Of a DNA stretch of 64,000 nucleotides, positions 62,559-64,000 are shown one piece after another; the first letter of the stretch is position 1; every line of letters begins with the position of its first letter. Made by a program: the position numbers and the translations under genes. The stretch comes from an uncultured Gammaproteobacteria bacterium. GTDB taxonomy: Bacteria; Patescibacteriota; Microgenomatia; Levybacterales; UBA12049. The notes beneath the pieces were generated by a model that had not been told where the DNA came from, did not search any database, and saw only the letters and a list, made by a program, of their open reading frames with translations. Location: NCBI GenBank assembly GCA_964474445.1, contig CAYYSJ010000005.1, forward strand, positions 17,835-81,834, written 5' to 3'.

Positions 62559-64000
62559 TTTACTTTTCCTTTGAAGGTTTTCTCAATTGAGGAAATAATC
62601 TTTTTACGAATATCAGCTACGTCTTCTGTTGTGAGATTTTTTTCTTTGTGTTGATAGACAATATGGAAAGTTCTAGTGTTCTCATAGATATCTAGTAATG
62701 AAACTTCTGTGATCAAATCACTTTGTTTTTGGATATTTACTATCACATCTCCTGTTCTCACTTTACTATCCAACACAAAAGCAAGATCTTCTGTAATTGC
62801 TGGATACTTAGCAAGTGGTGTATATGTTTTATGCAGTGTTGCATGTTTGAGGAGTGTCTCAAAGTCAAATTCTGCAGTAACAACATGTTTATCCATTACT
62901 TCAATAACTCCCACATGATCTTTTCCAATATAGACACTTGCTCCAATACCACCAAGTTCTGAGTCAGTAAAGGTGAGATCGTGTATGCCAAATTCTTTTG
63001 CTAATTGCTCAATGGTTCCTTTTGCATGAGAGAATGTTCCTCGTTTGCCTTTGAGAATATATGCAAGTGTTCTTCTCTCATCTGGCAATTTCTTCTTTTT
63101 ATTCTTTGTATACACATTGGCAATTTCAAAGATTTCAACAGTATCCCTTGCCTTATTTTCTGCAACAACTTGCAAAAGACTTGGGGTAAGCGTTGTTCGC
63201 ATATGCACATGATCATTATCCAACGGATTTGCAAGCGTGACTGCTTCATCAATTGGTCCTTCAAGCAGTGCCTCACTGACCATGGAGTAGGTGTACACTT
63301 CTGTTAATCCCCATAATTTGAGCATGTCTTTTGCTTTTTGTTCCCAGAAGAATTGGTTACTTCCCTGATGATATGGTGTTGTAAAAGTAAATGGAGGAAG
63401 CGTACTTGGAATATTATGATACCCATACATTCTTGCAACTTCTTCAATAACATCCTCTGGAATCGTAACATCCAGTTCCCGCCAACTTGGCACTTTAACC
63501 ATTAAACTGCTATTTTTTTCTTCCACTTCAAATCCGAGACCTTTTAAAATGGTGATGGATTTTGAGAGAGGAATAGCAACACCAATCGTGCGATTAATTT
63601 CTTCGTGAGTGACGGTTACTGTTGCTGGTTTTACTTTTCCTGGGTAAATATCAATAACCTCACTGACAACTTTTGCATGTGCCACTTCTTTATATAACTG
63701 TACTCCCCTTTGAAGTGCTTGCAATGCAAGCTCTGGATCAACACCTTTTTCATTCAATGCTGCTGCTTCGGTACGAATAGCAAGCCCCATCGATGTTTTT
63801 CGAATTCTCCATGGATCGTTGTTATCAAAGAAGAAAAGAATTCGTTTAGTAGCATCTGTGACAACACTATTTGCTGTTCCCATGATCCCCAGCAAATCAA
63901 TAATTTCCCCTTCTCCGTTATCAGCAACAATATCTCCACCTGAAAGCGTATGTTCCTTTTTATCAAGCGTTACAATTTTTTCTCCTTTTTTGGATGGACG
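62555..64000 (-). CDS. pheT: Phenylalanyl-tRNA synthetase beta subunit (5' end outside window)
   Basis: EKGVDP, VPSWR.DV..EDVIEEVAR.YGY, MRTTL..SLL, FDX-ACB domain. Confidence 0.95.
   Translation of the reverse strand, partial: RPSKKGEKIVTLDKKEHTLSGGDIVADNGEGEIIDLLGIMGTANSVVTDATKRILFFFDNNDPWRIRKTSMGLAIRTEAAALNEKGVDPELALQALQRGVQLYKEVAHAKVVSEVIDIYPGKVKPATVTVTHEEINRTIGVAIPLSKSITILKGLGFEVEEKNSSLMVKVPSWRELDVTIPEDVIEEVARMYGYHNIPSTLPPFTFTTPYHQGSNQFFWEQKAKDMLKLWGLTEVYTYSMVSEALLEGPIDEAVTLANPLDNDHVHMRTTLTPSLLQVVAENKARDTVEIFEIANVYTKNKKKKLPDERRTLAYILKGKRGTFSHAKGTIEQLAKEFGIHDLTFTDSELGGIGASVYIGKDHVGVIEVMDKHVVTAEFDFETLLKHATLHKTYTPLAKYPAITEDLAFVLDSKVRTGDVIVNIQKQSDLITEVSLLDIYENTRTFHIVYQHKEKNLTTEDVADIRKKIISSIEKTFKGKVK

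Overview
Chromosomal segment of a low-GC, code-11 bacterium whose gene content points to Patescibacteria (CPR), probably Microgenomates (inference: short HolB, type IV pilus without secretin, many short orphan ORFs, leaderless genes). Housekeeping genes: folD, gyrB-ppa-gyrA, holB, trmD-khpA-rpsP-rnc-nusB-rpmF, recG, tyrS, a class A PBP and partial pheT. A complete monoderm-type type IV pilus locus (pilB/T/C, pilD, about 8 pilins, pilM/N/O) is interleaved with three GT-C glycosyltransferases. Main highlights: (1) an unannotated leader peptide MHIRKAANFYFYFF... with a full 1:2/2:3/3:4 attenuator, controlling a Phe/Tyr biosynthesis operon whose TyrA-PheA fusion carries an in-frame TGA; (2) an operon of two paralogous secreted Asn/Thr/Gly repeat proteins, one free and one membrane-anchored, resembling a functional amyloid or beta-solenoid fibre system; (3) three 44-bp direct repeats separating single-gene cassettes, one of them purN, suggesting a site-specific gene-accretion array; (4) an ArgG-MGS domain fusion next to an amidinotransferase; (5) an XRE / HD / HNH accessory cassette. 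No rRNA, intact tRNA, CRISPR array or transposase was recognised.
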